Under the pieces are notes generated by a model that was given only the letters and a program-made list of their open reading frames with translations, did no database searches and was not told the DNA's origin. Source: Octopus vulgaris (taxonomy: Eukaryota). From it: DNA of 64,000 nucleotides. The DNA is taken from assembly GCA_951406725.2 (NCBI GenBank), contig OX597833.1:18972001-19036000 (forward strand). The letters are read 5' to 3'. The translations under genes were made by a program, and so were the position numbers. Below, in pieces: positions 12,891-26,311 of this stretch (position 1 is the stretch's first letter; each line of letters opens with the position of its first letter).

Positions 12891-13498
12891 CGATGGGCTT
12901 CTTTCAGTTTCCATCTACCAAATCCACTCACAAGGGTTTGGTCAGCCAGAGGCTATAGTAGAAGAAACTTGCCCAAGGTGCCACGCTGTGTGACTGAACC
13001 TGGAACCATGTGGTTGATAAGCAAGCTACTTACCACACAGCCACTCCTACACCTATTCCCACTCCAATTCATAAGTTTTTGTGATGTTTGTGCTCAGTTT
13101 GAAATAAAACTTTATTGCATGGTCAGCTTCCAAATTGTCATCATGTCCTGACTGCATTCTATAAACTAGTCAGCTGTGACAAACAGCAGTATTTATTAGT
13201 GAATGTCCAACATGCTGTTACAGCCCTAGCGTTATTCATGGAATAACGAAAGTTGGCTGGTCAGCTTATTAAGATTCTTTTAGTCTTTTACTTGTTTCAG
13301 TCATTTGAATGCAGTCATGCTGGAGCACCACCTCAATGGGTTTTAGTCAAAGAAATCGATCCCAAGACTTATTCTTTGTAAGCCTAGTACTTATTCTATC
13401 AGTCTCTTTTGCCAAACTGCTAAGTTACAGGAACATAAACACACCAGCATCAGTTGTCAAGCGATGGCAGAGGGCAAACACAAACAGACAAACACACT

Positions 13499-13533
<35 letters not shown>

Positions 13534-14511
13534 GATGGGCTTCTTTCAGTTTCTGTCTACCAAATCCATTCACGTGGCTTTAGTTAGTATGAGGCTATAA
13601 AAGGAGACACTTGCCCAAGGTGCCATGCAGTGGGACTGAATCTGGAACCATGTGGTTGGAAAGGAAGCTTTTTACCCCTCAGCCATACCTGATAGATCCA
13701 CACATATATGTCCTTTTCTACTCTAGGCACAAGGCTTGAAATTTTGTGGGGAGTGGGGCCAGTCAATTAGATCAACTCCAGTGTGTAACTGGTACTTAAT
13801 TTATCGACCCGAAAAGGGTGAAAGGCAAAGTCAATCTTGGTGAAATTTGAACTCAGAATGTAAAGACAGGTGAAATACCACTAAACATTTCACCCTGCCT
13901 GGTAACGTTTCTTATTTCTTTATTACCCTCAAGGGGCTAAAATTTATTAAGCATTTCACCCTGGGGTACTTAAATCACTATTTTTTTATTGAGGGGCTAA
14001 ACAAGAGGGGACAAACAAGGACAGACAAAGGGATTAAGTCGATTACATCGACCCCAGTGCGTAACTGGTACTTAATTTATCGACTCCGAAAGGATGAAAG
14101 GCAAAGTCGACCTTGGCGGAATTTGAACTCAGAACGTAACGGCAGATGAAATACCACTAAGCATTTTGCCCGGCACGCTAATGTTTCTGCTAACTCGCCG
14201 CCTTTGCACATATATATATATTGCTGTATCAACCAAACTATTAAATATTGTTATACACCATTAATCAAAATCTTTGCATTGTTATAGCTTAAAAATGATG
14301 TTACCCCATTGGCTAGGCAAGCAGACTGATGTTGGTCCCTGGATGGAACATCAGTCCATCACAGAGTGGCCCATTTACAGTTGGGTGGACAGGAGCCACA
14401 TGGAATGAAGTCTTTCACACAAGAACACAATGCACTGCCAGTCTGGGAATTGAAACCATGATCAGAAGATCATGGGTACAAAACCCCAACCACAAGGCCA
14501 CATGTCTTCAT

Positions 14512-14620
14512 TGTGTATGTGTGTGTGTTGTGTGTGTGTGTGTGTTGTGTGTTGTGTGTATGTGTATGTCAGCATTGCAAATCTGTACAAAACCCCAACC
14601 ACAAGGCCACGTGTCTTCAC

Positions 14621-14654
<34 letters not shown>

Positions 14655-14771
14655 TGTGTGTGTGTGTGTGCATGCATGTGTGTGTGTGTGTGTATGTGTA
14701 TGTGCGTGTGTGTGTTTGTGTGTGCATGTGTGTGTGTGCATGCATGTGTGTGTGTGTGTGTGTGTATGTGT

Positions 14772-14802
<31 letters not shown>

Positions 14803-14845
14803 CGTGCATGTGTGTGTGTATGTGTGTGTGTGTGTGTGTATGTCA
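14512..14845. repeat. (TG)n array with an internal duplication of the adjacent SINE head
   Basis: gtacaaaaccccaaccacaaggccac occurs at about 14476 and 14585; atgtcag..attgcaaatct occurs twice. Confidence 0.9.
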
Positions 14846-15666
14846 GTATTGCAAATCTATATCCAACAATGGCTATTACTCACTCACAAATACATGATAC
14901 AAAGATTTAAAAAATGATCAAAGAAATTCCACTATTGTTTTTTCCCCCCATATTTGAAGATATCAATGATCTTTAATCTACAGTTTTTGGGTAGCCACTT
15001 GTAATGGCTACCACATCTTTTTTTGCTTTTGTTTTTTTTTTTTTTTGCTAATCTCACTCTATATCCTGTCATTAATGAGCTAAGCTCATTACATCCAAAT
15101 ATAGTCTCTCTATCTCTCTCTCACACACTCTCTCAATTATCCATCCACCTATCCACCCAACCATCCATCCATCCATCCACCCATCCATCCACCCATCCAT
15201 CCACCCACCCATCCATCCATCCATCCATCCATCTGTCAGTCTGTCTGTCTGTCTGTCCGTTTGCATGTCTATCTAGCTGTCTGCCTGCCTGCCTGGCTAT
15301 CTACCTATCTCTTCCTCTCCCTGACTCTCTATCTGTCTACTTATCTCCCACCCCCTCTCTCTTCCTCTCCCTCACTCTCTATCTATCTACTTATCTCCCA
15401 CCCACACCTCTCTCTTCCTCTCTATCACTCTCTCTCTCTATCTATCTATCTATTTATCAATCTCTGCCTCTCTCTTTCTCCCTCCCTCTCTCTCCCCATT
15501 GTATGAACTTTCATATTTTTTCCTAATCATTAAAAACCTTAATCTTATCAAGTTTACAGCAGCTGTAAAAACACAGACTCTCCACTACTTCATCTAAACC
15601 ATTATTTCCACACAATAAACTGCTGACAAATTAATTCCTTTGATGTCAACTGCATCCAACACTCAC

Positions 15667-15729
15667 CAACATTATTGTTCAATGACTTCTCCATATTACC
15701 AATTATTTCTCCAATGACAAATCTTATTA
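15667..15729 (-). other. Orphan candidate exon, 63 nt (VIRFVIGEIIGNMEKSLNNNV)
   Basis: Acceptor ttgacag|, donor TTG|GTGAGT, open frame phase 1 to 1, unique island among repeats. Confidence 0.45.
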
Positions 15730-16659
15730 CTGTCAATGGGTTAAAATTAATTGGTATAAGTGTAGGCATGGTTGTGTGGTTAAGAAGCTTGCTTTGCAAT
15801 GATGTGGTTTCAGGTTCAGTCCCACTGTACAGCAGTTTGATTAAGTGTCTTCTCTTCTATTATAGCTCCAGGGTCGACCGATGCCTTGTGAATGCATTTG
15901 AAAGATGGAAACTGTGTGGAAGGTTGTTGTGTGTGTATTTACATATACATGTGTGTGTGTGTGTGTGCGTGTGTGTTATGAGAATTTATGGAAAGCTATC
16001 CCATGGAAACTCAACAAATAGGTTAAAAATGGAGAAGAGATGTTAAAATTTGAAAGAATTTTAATACATGCATACGATCCAGTTCAATATTTAAGAGATG
16101 AGGAATTGTGTACATTATTTACATTTGATGGATATTTCATTTGACGGATATATCAGCTGAAACGTTGTGTTAACAACAAACAAGATGTGGACAAATATCT
16201 GTCAAATGTAAATAATGTAAATAATGCAGGTGTTAGGAAGGGCATCCAGCTGTAGAAACTCTGCCAGATCAGATTGGAGTCTGGTGCAGCCATCTGATAT
16301 GCCAGTCCTCAGTCAAATCGTCCAATCCATGCTAGCATGGAAAGCGGACGTTAAACGATGATGATGATGATGATGATGTTCGTTTCGAACAGCGATATTA
16401 ACATGTAAATAACATGGTAGAATAATTAAAATTAATTTGATTAATTTAAATTAATTACATATCACTGTTCTCTTCAGTGCAAGAAGTATACAACAATAGT
16501 TATTATTATTACAGAAGACTTGATGAAGGAGAAAGCAGATAATAAATTTGGATATACATATTTTATCCTTTTGAAAAAATTGAGAGCATACTAAAGAAAA
16601 TTGTTGAGTTTTGTTGTATATAAACCAAAACTTAGTTTTAGTTTATACACAAGTAGATT

Positions 16660-16899
16660 CAACAACTAATGGCCCTGTCTGCTGCATCGGTCCACCACCT
16701 TGTTACCCTAGGTCTGGATGGGACTTCGCACCAGATGCAGATTTGGTCTGTGGCAATCAGCAGGCTGTCCTGCAGGAATTTTCATTTGCTCTCTATGTCA
16801 CAAGTCTGTAGCTCCTCCTTCTCATTAAATTTCTCAATTAGGATGTCTCTAAATCTCTTACCATAACGCCAACCACTCCAAACACACAATTACACACAC

Positions 16900-16930
<31 letters not shown>

Positions 16931-18120
16931 TACATATATATACATATATACAATGGGCTTCTTTCAGTTTCTGTCTACCAAATCCACTCACAAAGCTTTG
17001 ATCAGCCCAAGGCTATAGTAGAAGACACTTGCCCAAGGTGCCACACAGTGGGACTGAACCCGGAACCATGTGGTTGGTAAGCAAGCTTCTTACCACACAG
17101 TCTTTCAAAATTCTTATTTTGTTTTTCACACATTAATTTGCTTAGGTTTAACTTTGTAAAATGTTAGAGAAAGAAACCTAGTTGTTTCTTGCAATAAATA
17201 CTGATACATATATATAAAACAAAATTTTTTTCAGGGCCCTTAAAATACTGCTGTGGATCACTGTCATTCCTTGTTAGTATTTTCGATATCTGGTCATTTC
17301 CAAGAAGTTTATTAAATGTTCTGCTTCTTGGCATCCTTCTGACCTGGAGTCTAAAATCACTAATGACTAGTCTATACTGGGGGTGGTATATTCTTCACCA
17401 GGGATGGTCTTTATATTTAAGAGCAACCATGCATCCCATTGTCTAATGAGAATGTAATCGATCTGGCTATCAGAGTCACCTGATTGTTTGGTTATCAGGT
17501 GGCTGGCTGGTTTCCTAAAGTTGGTGTTGTGGATCAATAGGTAATTTGCATCACAGAACTCCAGTAGCCTTGTTCCCTCTTTGTTTTGGGGACCAATTCC
17601 ATGGCCTTCATGGACACCATGGAAGATACCAATCTGCTGTCCGACATGCCCATTGAAATCCCCAGCCACAAAAATGAGATCATTGTCACTCATTTTTGAG
17701 GTAGCCTACAGAAGAATATCATAAAAGTGGTCCTTCTGTTTATTTGGTAGGCCTGCTTGTAGGGCATAGACGGAGATAATTGTTGCTATAATATTCTGCA
17801 AGAGTAGCCTGAACTTAAACACTCTATCGCACACTCTGACCACCTCTATTACCTTATCCACCCATTTCTCCACAAGAAGTATGCCCACACCACCTACCCT
17901 GTCACTGTTACCTTCCCAGAAGATTTTATACCTATGTGTCTATGCTCCTCTCCACCTTACCTCTTGGATGCAGCATACGGTGACACACTTCTGTTCAAGC
18001 CTCTCAACAATCTCGCTAGTCTTACCTTTCAATGTGCTTACATTGACAGTGCTGACTTTGAAAACTGGGAAAGGGACATAGGAGAGAACACGGGAAGGAG
18101 TGATGGTATTCAGCACCTGA
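16660..18120 (-). mobile_element. Decayed RTE-clade LINE 5' half (APE endonuclease and linker), split by a SINE A at about 16890-17100
   Basis: VSTVNVSTL, IISVYA, VAGDFNGHVG, SQIDYILIR, then ...PRVTRWW linker. Multiple stops and frameshifts. Confidence 0.9.
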
Positions 18121-18618
18121 AAACAAAGTTTCAGTGATCACTATGTATATATATATATATATATATAAATATATATCTGGCCATTGTCCATGCAACATCG
18201 ATATTCCTCCCTGTGCCTGTCAAACCTTGTATCCCTGCCATAAGGCTTCATTTCCACACACCCCAGTTTAATTTAATTTGTCCTTAGTCGAAAGACACCT
18301 GTTGTTATATCCTGTTATTATTTTTATTGTATTTGTGTAACATTGCCTGGTTTTTTCCATCTTTGTTTTTGTATACATTCGCTGCTTTATTCCAAGGAAT
18401 CTAATGCTCTTAGCTTAGTTTTTCCTTGGGGTTGGCTAGATTGGAGAAATCTCGAGTATAATCAGCCGAAATTGCGAAGATAATCTAGTACTCAACTGAG
18501 GAAAGAAAACTTTGAATGACCCATTCTTGATTTCTTTGTATCATCTATCTGGATGTTTTGTTGTCCCATTTTTGTATCAACTAACAGTCTGGATGTTTAG
18601 CGTTCTTGTCCCATTTTG

Positions 18619-18650
<32 letters not shown>

Positions 18651-18654
<4 letters not shown>

Positions 18655-19010
18655 GGTGTGATGGGTAAATTGTTGCAATTTTATTTTTTAATTTCGCACA
18701 TGCACATTATTTCTTTTTGATTTTGTCGACTATACAGTATAGTAGGGTCAGTTGGGCACTGGCTGTGAGAAAAAACAGCACCATGATGTAATTCACTCTG
18801 TTATAAATTTGGAAACAACCTACTGTACTGCTTGGCATTCACACCAGAAGCTCCAATACGAATATTTCAGAGTGTTTGGGTGTCAATCTGAGGACAGTGC
18901 AGGGGATTTGGAAAGAATTGGATGAGTCTAATGAGGATTATGAAGATGTGGCAGCTTGAAAAACTCACTCTGAACATTCTGATAAGAAAAGAACTGAATT
19001 TGTTGGTGAG
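18651..19010 (+). mobile_element. Tc1/mariner-type 5' remnant inserted in (TA)n
   Basis: TA|CAGGGTG terminus followed by a decayed HTH-like reading (ISECLGVNLRTVQGIWKEL). Confidence 0.6.
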
Positions 19011-19046
19011 ATTCTCTCTCTTTCTCCCTATCTATCTATCTATCTA

Positions 19047-19520
19047 GGCAAGTTTTGTCTAGCGAATGTTTTAAAAAAAGATGGGTGAATGTAGCAAGGA
19101 TGGCACGTATGAATGACGAAGCCACCTTGAGCTTAATCCTATGAACCCAGAAATTGAAAACAAATGTGGTAACATATAACAATATTGATCGAGGTTACCG
19201 TGGTCTTTTTCGTAGGCTTTTCTTCCCACAGATAAACCTCATCTGCTTCCCTCTTTACACCGTACATCATGACACTGTGATACACGATCCCTATTGATCG
19301 TTTTTTTCTTCTTCCCCTTTTTTCCTCTTTTTACCTTTTTTTATTTTCTTTTGTTTCTTTTTCTTTTTCTTTTTTCCCTTTTACGATCCCTTTTGATCGA
19401 AAACTTTTCCACATTTTTTTTGTTTCTTTTGTTTTTTGTTTTTTTCATTCCCCAAAAGAAAAGCTCTACCTTGTAATTTGTCCCATCTGTGTGCAGCCCT
19501 GTGTGGCCAATAAAGAAACT
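19047..19520 (+). mobile_element. 3' end of an L1/Tx1-like LINE inserted in (TATC)n
   Basis: ORF end ...ECFKKRWVNVARMARMN..., long T-rich 3' UTR, aataaagaaa end, tatc repeats on both sides. The clade assignment is tentative. Confidence 0.55.
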
Positions 19521-21381
19521 TATCTATCTATCTAATCTGTTTATCTGTATGCCTATATCATCATCATTTAACATCCATTTTCCATGCTGGCATGGATTGG
19601 AGAGTTTGACAGGAGCTGGCCTGTCGAAGAGCTGCCCCTAGATTCATGTCCATTTTGGTATGGTGTCTACAACTGGATGCCCTTCCTAACACCATCCGCT
19701 TTACAGAGTGTGCTGGGTGCTTTTATGCAGCATTGGCATGGGTACATTTACATGGTACCGGTACAGGTGCCTTTTATGTGGCACCAACACCTACAAGCCT
19801 GCAAGATTAGGAATGCTCAGCTGGAGAAGGATGTAGAGGACAAGCAACTATCATCACTTGGTCCAGCAAGTTGATGCCTCTGTAATTATTTCTGTCAAGG
19901 GCATCACCCTTGCTTTTGTAGCAGTCGACTATAATGCTACTACACCAATCATTGGATATGACTCCCTTGTGATAACCTGATTAACTATAAGGCGGCGAGC
20001 TGGCAGAATCGTTAGCTCGCCGGGCGAAATGCTTATTGGTATTTTGTCTGCCGCTACGTTCTGAGTTCAAATTCCACCGAGGTCGACTTTGCCTTTCATC
20101 CTTTCGGGGTCGATTAAATAAGTACCAGTTATGTACTGGGGTCGATATAATCGACATAATCTGTTTGTCTGTCATTGTTTGTCCTCTCTGTGTTGAGCCC
20201 CTTGTGGGTAGTAAAGAAAGAGATAGCCTGATTAACTATACAGGTGACCAGGTCATATCCCATTCTGCCAGATATTTAAGTATCTTAGTGGTGATTCCTG
20301 ATGGGCCAGTGGCTGTCCTTGTCTTCATATTCTTAATTGCTTTATCAAGCTAAGCCAATGTCGATTTGGATAGCCAGTCCTCTATGTATCTAAGTTTTTC
20401 ATTTGTTGCCCAGTGTCTAAATTGCATATGCCACCACCCTCAATCTCTTTCTATTAGTGTGTGTGTGTGTGCCCCCTCTCTCACATAAAGTAAATGAATA
20501 TTCTGTCTGCTCTAACAAGGATATTCCAATTGTTTATTCAACCTTAGTTACAGGAGTAGCTGTGTGGTAAGTAGCTTGCTTACCAACCACATGGTTCCGG
20601 GTTCAGTCCCAATGCGTGGCATCTTGGGCAAGTGTCTTCTACTATAGCCTCGGGCTGACCAAAGCCTTGTGAGTGGATTTGGTAGATGGAAACTGAAAGA
20701 AGCCTGTCGTATATATGTATATGCATATGTGTTTGTGTTTGTCCTCCAACATCACTTGACAACTGATGCTGGTGTGTTTACGTCCTCGTAACTTAGCGGT
20801 TCTGCAAAAGAGACCGATAGAATAAGTAAGTACTAGGCTTACAAAGAATAAGTCCTGGGGTTGATTTGCTCAACTAAAGGTGGTGCTCCAGCATGGCCAC
20901 AGTCAAATGACTGAAACAAGTAAAAGAATAGAAGAGTAAAAGAGAACTGACTACCCATTCAAGTATAGGATAAATGGTTGAGTATTCCTCTGAATTTTCC
21001 ACATATGCTTGTAATTTTAGTGTATAATACCTGAGCACATTAAGAGCGACCTTTGAACCATACATACTGAAAATCCAATGAGTTTCCACAGTCTTTCTAC
21101 CCAGAAGGATTTGAGACACTATTAGGCAGGTGGCCGGAATAAACAAAGTAGTGTATTTATTGTCCCTTAGCATTGCACAGTAGTTGTAAACAAGAACCAC
21201 CGCTATACAAGAAGTGTCTATTTCTAATGTTACCTTGCTTGAAAACAGAGGAGAGTTGGTGGCATGAAGGGCCTCTGATTGTAGAAAATCTTCCCCAGCG
21301 AATCCTGCCCAACCCATGCAAGCATGGAAAAGTTAACATTCAAACAATGACGATGAATGTATGTGTGCATATGATAAGAGA

Positions 21382-21565
21382 GTATCCGTGGAATAAGCTG
21401 CCGGACGAGATAGTGAAGATGCTGACGACCGCTCGGTTCAAAGTCTCCCTTGACCAGAAATGGCCTGAACTCTTTGCATGAACACCACCCTGTACATAAC
21501 TCCATGTCCCCCTACATGGCCTTGCTTTTTGCTTTTTGAGCCAAAAAATTAACTTGACTTAACCT
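21382..21565 (+). mobile_element. CR1-clade LINE 3' end
   Basis: PWNKLPDEIV...ARFKVSLD.KW* C-terminal motif, short 3' UTR, ttaac repeats. Confidence 0.75.
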
Positions 21566-21992
21566 CTGTAACAAAGACTGAAAGGTAGATTGTATGATGC
21601 TTATGTATGAACAGCAATGTTAGATGGTTGTGAAACTTGAGGCCATGAATGCAGAGGATTTGCAAAGACTAGAAAGAAATGAAGGTAGTATGCTTTGTGA
21701 ATGTGCAATGTCAGTGCGTATGTACGACAAAATACAGATGTGTTGAGTGAAAAACTATGTATCAAAGGCCATATGAAGTGTGAAGACTGCCATGGTATTG
21801 TCATGAGATCATCATCATTTAACGTCCGTTTTCTGTGTTAGCACGGGTTGGACGGTTCAACCGGGGTCTGGAAGCCATGGAGGCTGCACCAGGCTCTAGT
21901 CTGATTTGGCAGTGTTTCTACAGTTGGATGCCCTTCCTAACATCAACCACTCCGTGAGTGTAGTGGGTGTCTTTTACGTGCCACCGGCACAG

Positions 21993-22169
21993 GGGCAAGA
22001 GCAGGCTGGCAGGATAAGGAAAACCAATTCTAATCAAGTTGAAGAATTCTACAGCATGATGCTGAGAGATTATGAAAAGAAGCTGAAGAGCCTTCATGCA
22101 GAGAACCACGACTTGGAGAACTTCATAGAAAAGATTGTACACACTTTAGAGTCTCTGGTTGATCACTAA
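21993..22169 (+). pseudogene. Coiled-coil host-gene fragment resembling SSX2IP/ADIP
   Basis: RAGWQ(frameshift)KTNSNQVEEFYSMMLRDYEKKLKSLHAENHDL versus recalled SSX2IP RGSWR...[26 protein letters not shown]. No usable acceptor; flanked by RTE pieces. Confidence 0.55.
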
Positions 22170-25100
22170 ACTTGGATGGAACCTGAAGAAGTGGGAGACT
22201 CAGGAAAATGGATGGAGTAGTGAAGACCGACCTCAAGATGTTGAGCCTCAGAAAGGAGATGGCAAAGGATCAAGATGAATGGTGATATGCTGGGCTTGGG
22301 AAGACCAGTCCACCTCAGTAAAAATGATCCCCTGTCAAGCCTTCCTCAACACCTCAAACTCGAACGCACATCCCTTCATCAATCTTCTATGGCACTATTC
22401 TCTCAGATGCTTTAAATCAGTGGTACTCAACCATTTTTTTTACCTATGGACTCCTATAATAGAAGTCACTTGTCCAAGGTGCCATGCAGTGTGACTGAAC
22501 TCGGAACCATGTGGTTCATAAGCAAGCTACTTACCACTAGGAAGCATGTAAAAAAAAAATTGCAAAAATATTTTGCATATTGTAGAAGTATAAAGAATTT
22601 ATTGCATCAATTTGAACAACAAAATGTTTATATGAACCCCCAAGTGCCATAAGGCCTCCGTTGAGAGTCACAGCTGTAAATGTTACCATTTATCTCCCTA
22701 TACTTATAACTGTCCCTTATCACCTCCACATCCCCGACCCCACACCTATTCCATTCACTTCCTCCCGAACTGACATTCACAATTTGCCTTGCCTCCACAA
22801 CGTGACCCTTTCACTGTGTCTACTTCAATCCCCCTATCTAATCATGTCACATACTCACAAACTTACCAGCCCCCACTATCACTTTCTGTTCCTTTATCCT
22901 CATTCTCTCTTATATTCACCTTGTCCCCTAAGGGTGCACCCTCACCATCGCCCTCTCTCTCTTTCTCTTTCTAGTTGGGGAAGTTGTACATTTTCTCTTT
23001 ATCAGGATACCTGCTCCTGTTCCTCTGTCATACTTTTACACCTCTCAACACTATGACCCCACTTAGTTGAAGTAGGAAGCATTTTGTCTTGCCTTGCAAG
23101 TTACCTGGTGACCTCACTAGTGCTGGTGTCATGAAAAAGTATCTGTAAGTGGAGGTGCGTGGCTTAGTGGTTAGGGTGTCAGCATCACGATTGTAAGATT
23201 GTGGTTTCGATTCCTGGACCAGGTGACGCGTTGTGTTCTTGAGCAAAACACTTCATTTCCCGTTGCACCAGTTCACTCAGCTGGCAAAAATGAGTAATGC
23301 TGTGATGGACTGGCATCCTGTCCAGCTGGGGAACACATACACCATTGAAACCAGGAAACAGGGCCCATGAGCCTGGCTAGGCTTTAAGAGGGCGCATTTA
23401 TTTCATTTTTTATTTACATTCTGTAAAGTGGTTGGTGTTAGAAAAGGCATCCAGCTGTAGAAGCTATGCCAAAGACATTAGAACTTGGCCAAGTCCTTCG
23501 ATCCATCTGTTCCAGTCAAACTGTCCGACCAATTCCAGACATTAAACAATGATGATGATGATATATCCTTCTTTTTATTCTTTTACTCATTTCAGTCTTT
23601 TGACAGCAGCCATGCTGGAGCACTGCCTTGAAGAGTTTTTTAGTCGTAATCAGCCCCAGAACTTATTCTTTGTAAGCCTAGTACTTATTCTATTGGCCAT
23701 TTATGCTGAACTGCTAAGTAACGGGCACATAAACACACCAGCGTCAGTTGTCAAGCAATGGCGGTGGAGGGAGGGCATTAACACAGACACACACACATAA
23801 ATACATACATATATATATATATATATTTATAGTTGAGGTGTATTCCGTGAAGAATGTATTAGAGAACAAAATAGACCTCGTTCACCCTTAGAATTACACG
23901 ACGGGATTCTTTCAGTCTCCACCTACCAAATCCACCTGCCCAAGGTACCATGCAGTGGGACTGAACCCGGAACCATGTGGTTGGGAAGCAAGCTTCTTAT
24001 CACACAGCCACACCTGCATCTACACATATAACAATTAGCACTAGAAGCAATATTAATACCAAAAGGTAATATTTATCCCCACTTAAAAATGGATGTTGTG
24101 TTAGAACACATTATACTGCAATACTAACCATGAGAGAACCTCTCATATGGGCCTTTGGTGCATATGAGTACTCTTGTTTACATTGCTAGCAGGGAAATAT
24201 ATCATCTGCCACCCACTACACCTTTCGATATTTATACATACATTATTATTATATATATATAGGTGCAGGCATGGCTATGTGGTAAGAAGCTTGCTTACCA
24301 ACCACATGGTTCCAGATTCAGTGCCACTGCGTGACACTCTGGGCAAGTGTCTTCTATTATAGCTTCGGGCCGACCAAAACCTTGTGAGTGGATTTTGTAG
24401 ATAGAAACTGAAAGAAGCCTGTTGTATATATGTATGTCTTTGTGTTTTCCCCCTTCCCCCATCACCGCTTGACAACAGGGACATGTTTATGTTTCCATAA
24501 GTTAGCAGTTTGACAAAAAAGACTGACAGAATATGTATTAGGCTTAAAAAAAAGCCTAGTACATATTCTGGGCCAATATGTTCAACTAAAACCCCTTCAA
24601 AGCATGGCGTCAGTGAAATGACTGAAACAAGTAAAGGAATATATATTATCATTTTAATGTCCACTTTTCCATGCAAGCATGAGTGAAACAAAATTTATTG
24701 AGGCATAATTTCTGTGGCTGGACACCTTTCTTGTCATGATTCTTCACCTGTTTCCAGATAAGGTAAAACACACTGGTCAGACATCCATGTAGAAAGACAG
24801 GTTTTTCATAGAAAACTAGAAATGAACAGCATGGATTGTATGATGATGATGTTCATATACAATCTCATGATATTGAGACATGGGTATATAAAAACACACA
24901 CATACACACATATGACAGGCTTCTAGTTTTCTTCTGCTAAAATCCACTCAGAAAGCTTTGGTCAACCTGGAGTTATAGTAGAAAGCATTTGCCTAAAGTG
25001 CCTCACAATTGGATTGAAACTGAGACCACCTGGTTAGGAAGCAAGCTTCTTAATGAGACAGCCATGTTTATACACACATATAAAGGGAAAAGACCCCCTT

Positions 25101-25745
25101 TGGTCATGAATAACCATGGGATTGCTCCAAGGAAGTTTCCCTCCAAGGCACAAGTTCAGGCAAGGTTGTTTATGGAAGACCAGCTTCCCATCTCCATGTT
25201 ACCAATATTATCCAAGGGAAAGGCAAAGGGGCCAATACAGCTTGGCACCAGTGATGTCGCAACTCATTTCCACAGCTGGGCAAACTAGAACAACGTGAAA
25301 TAAAGTGTTTTGATCAGTAAAACAACACATAGCCCAGTCCAGGAATTGAATTCACGATCTCATGATTGCGAGCCCAATGAGCTTAAATATGCAATGTTCA
25401 AGAGGAGAAGTGGTCATGGCCGGAATGCATTTGATCCAAGATCTCAATCAGGAAGTTACAACATCAGCCAACAAAGAGATCTCTGTTCATTCGACCTCCT
25501 ACAGATAGCAGCTAAATCACCCACAAAGCCCATCCTACTAGCAAAAAGGGAGGATGCAGATTGGATAATGGATAATGTAGACTTAGGATATATTCAAAGG
25601 ACCATTCCATCTCTTTGCAGAGATGGGATGGTCCTGCTGGAATACCTTTTGATCAGAGTTTGAGTTCAGTGATGCACAATCTTTCTGAGAAGTTACTTCA
25701 CAAAATTTAAGTAGAAGCTTCATGGACAACCAAATATAATATATA

Positions 25746-26311
25746 TTGGGTTGTCCGGAAAGTTCGTGCTAATTTTTAAAGGAAAGAAAAAGGTCAATAA
25801 ATACTTGCCAGTATATTTTTAATCAATCAAAAAAGAACCATTTTGTTGCACAATGCGTCTCCATCTTTCCCTTAACTTGAAAATACCTTTTCCCCAGAAT
25901 TCAGGTGGTTTCATGGCAAAGAATTCATCAAGGTATCTTTTTACGTCATCCAAGGAATTGAAATTTTTACCATTAAGACTATTCTGCAGAGACCTGAATA
26001 AGTGGAAATCCAAAGGAGCAATATCTGGTGAATATGAAGGGTGGGGTAACACATCCCAGCCGAGCTGCAGCAATTTTTGTCTGGTTCCCAAAGCATCAAG
26101 TGCCGAAAATGAACTTTCTTATCTTCCATTTTAAAGGGTTACATAATTAACACAGGTTATAGGAACATAGACCTTCTTCCACAAAAAGATAGCTCAAACT
26201 GTGCTCTAAATGGAGGTGTAGTCAAATCCTATTTTATGGACTCAACCATGTTCTAAAATAAGTTGAAAGGTAAGCTACTATAAATCGGCACGACTTTTCC
26301 GGACAACCCAA
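25746..26311 (-). mobile_element. Internally deleted mariner with both TIRs and TA target duplication (566 bp)
   Basis: TIR ttgggttgtccggaaag / cttttccggacaacccaa with TA on each side. N-terminal MEDKKVHFRHLML is joined directly to C-terminal LGWDVLPHPSYSPDIAPLDFHLFRSLQ. Confidence 0.93.
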
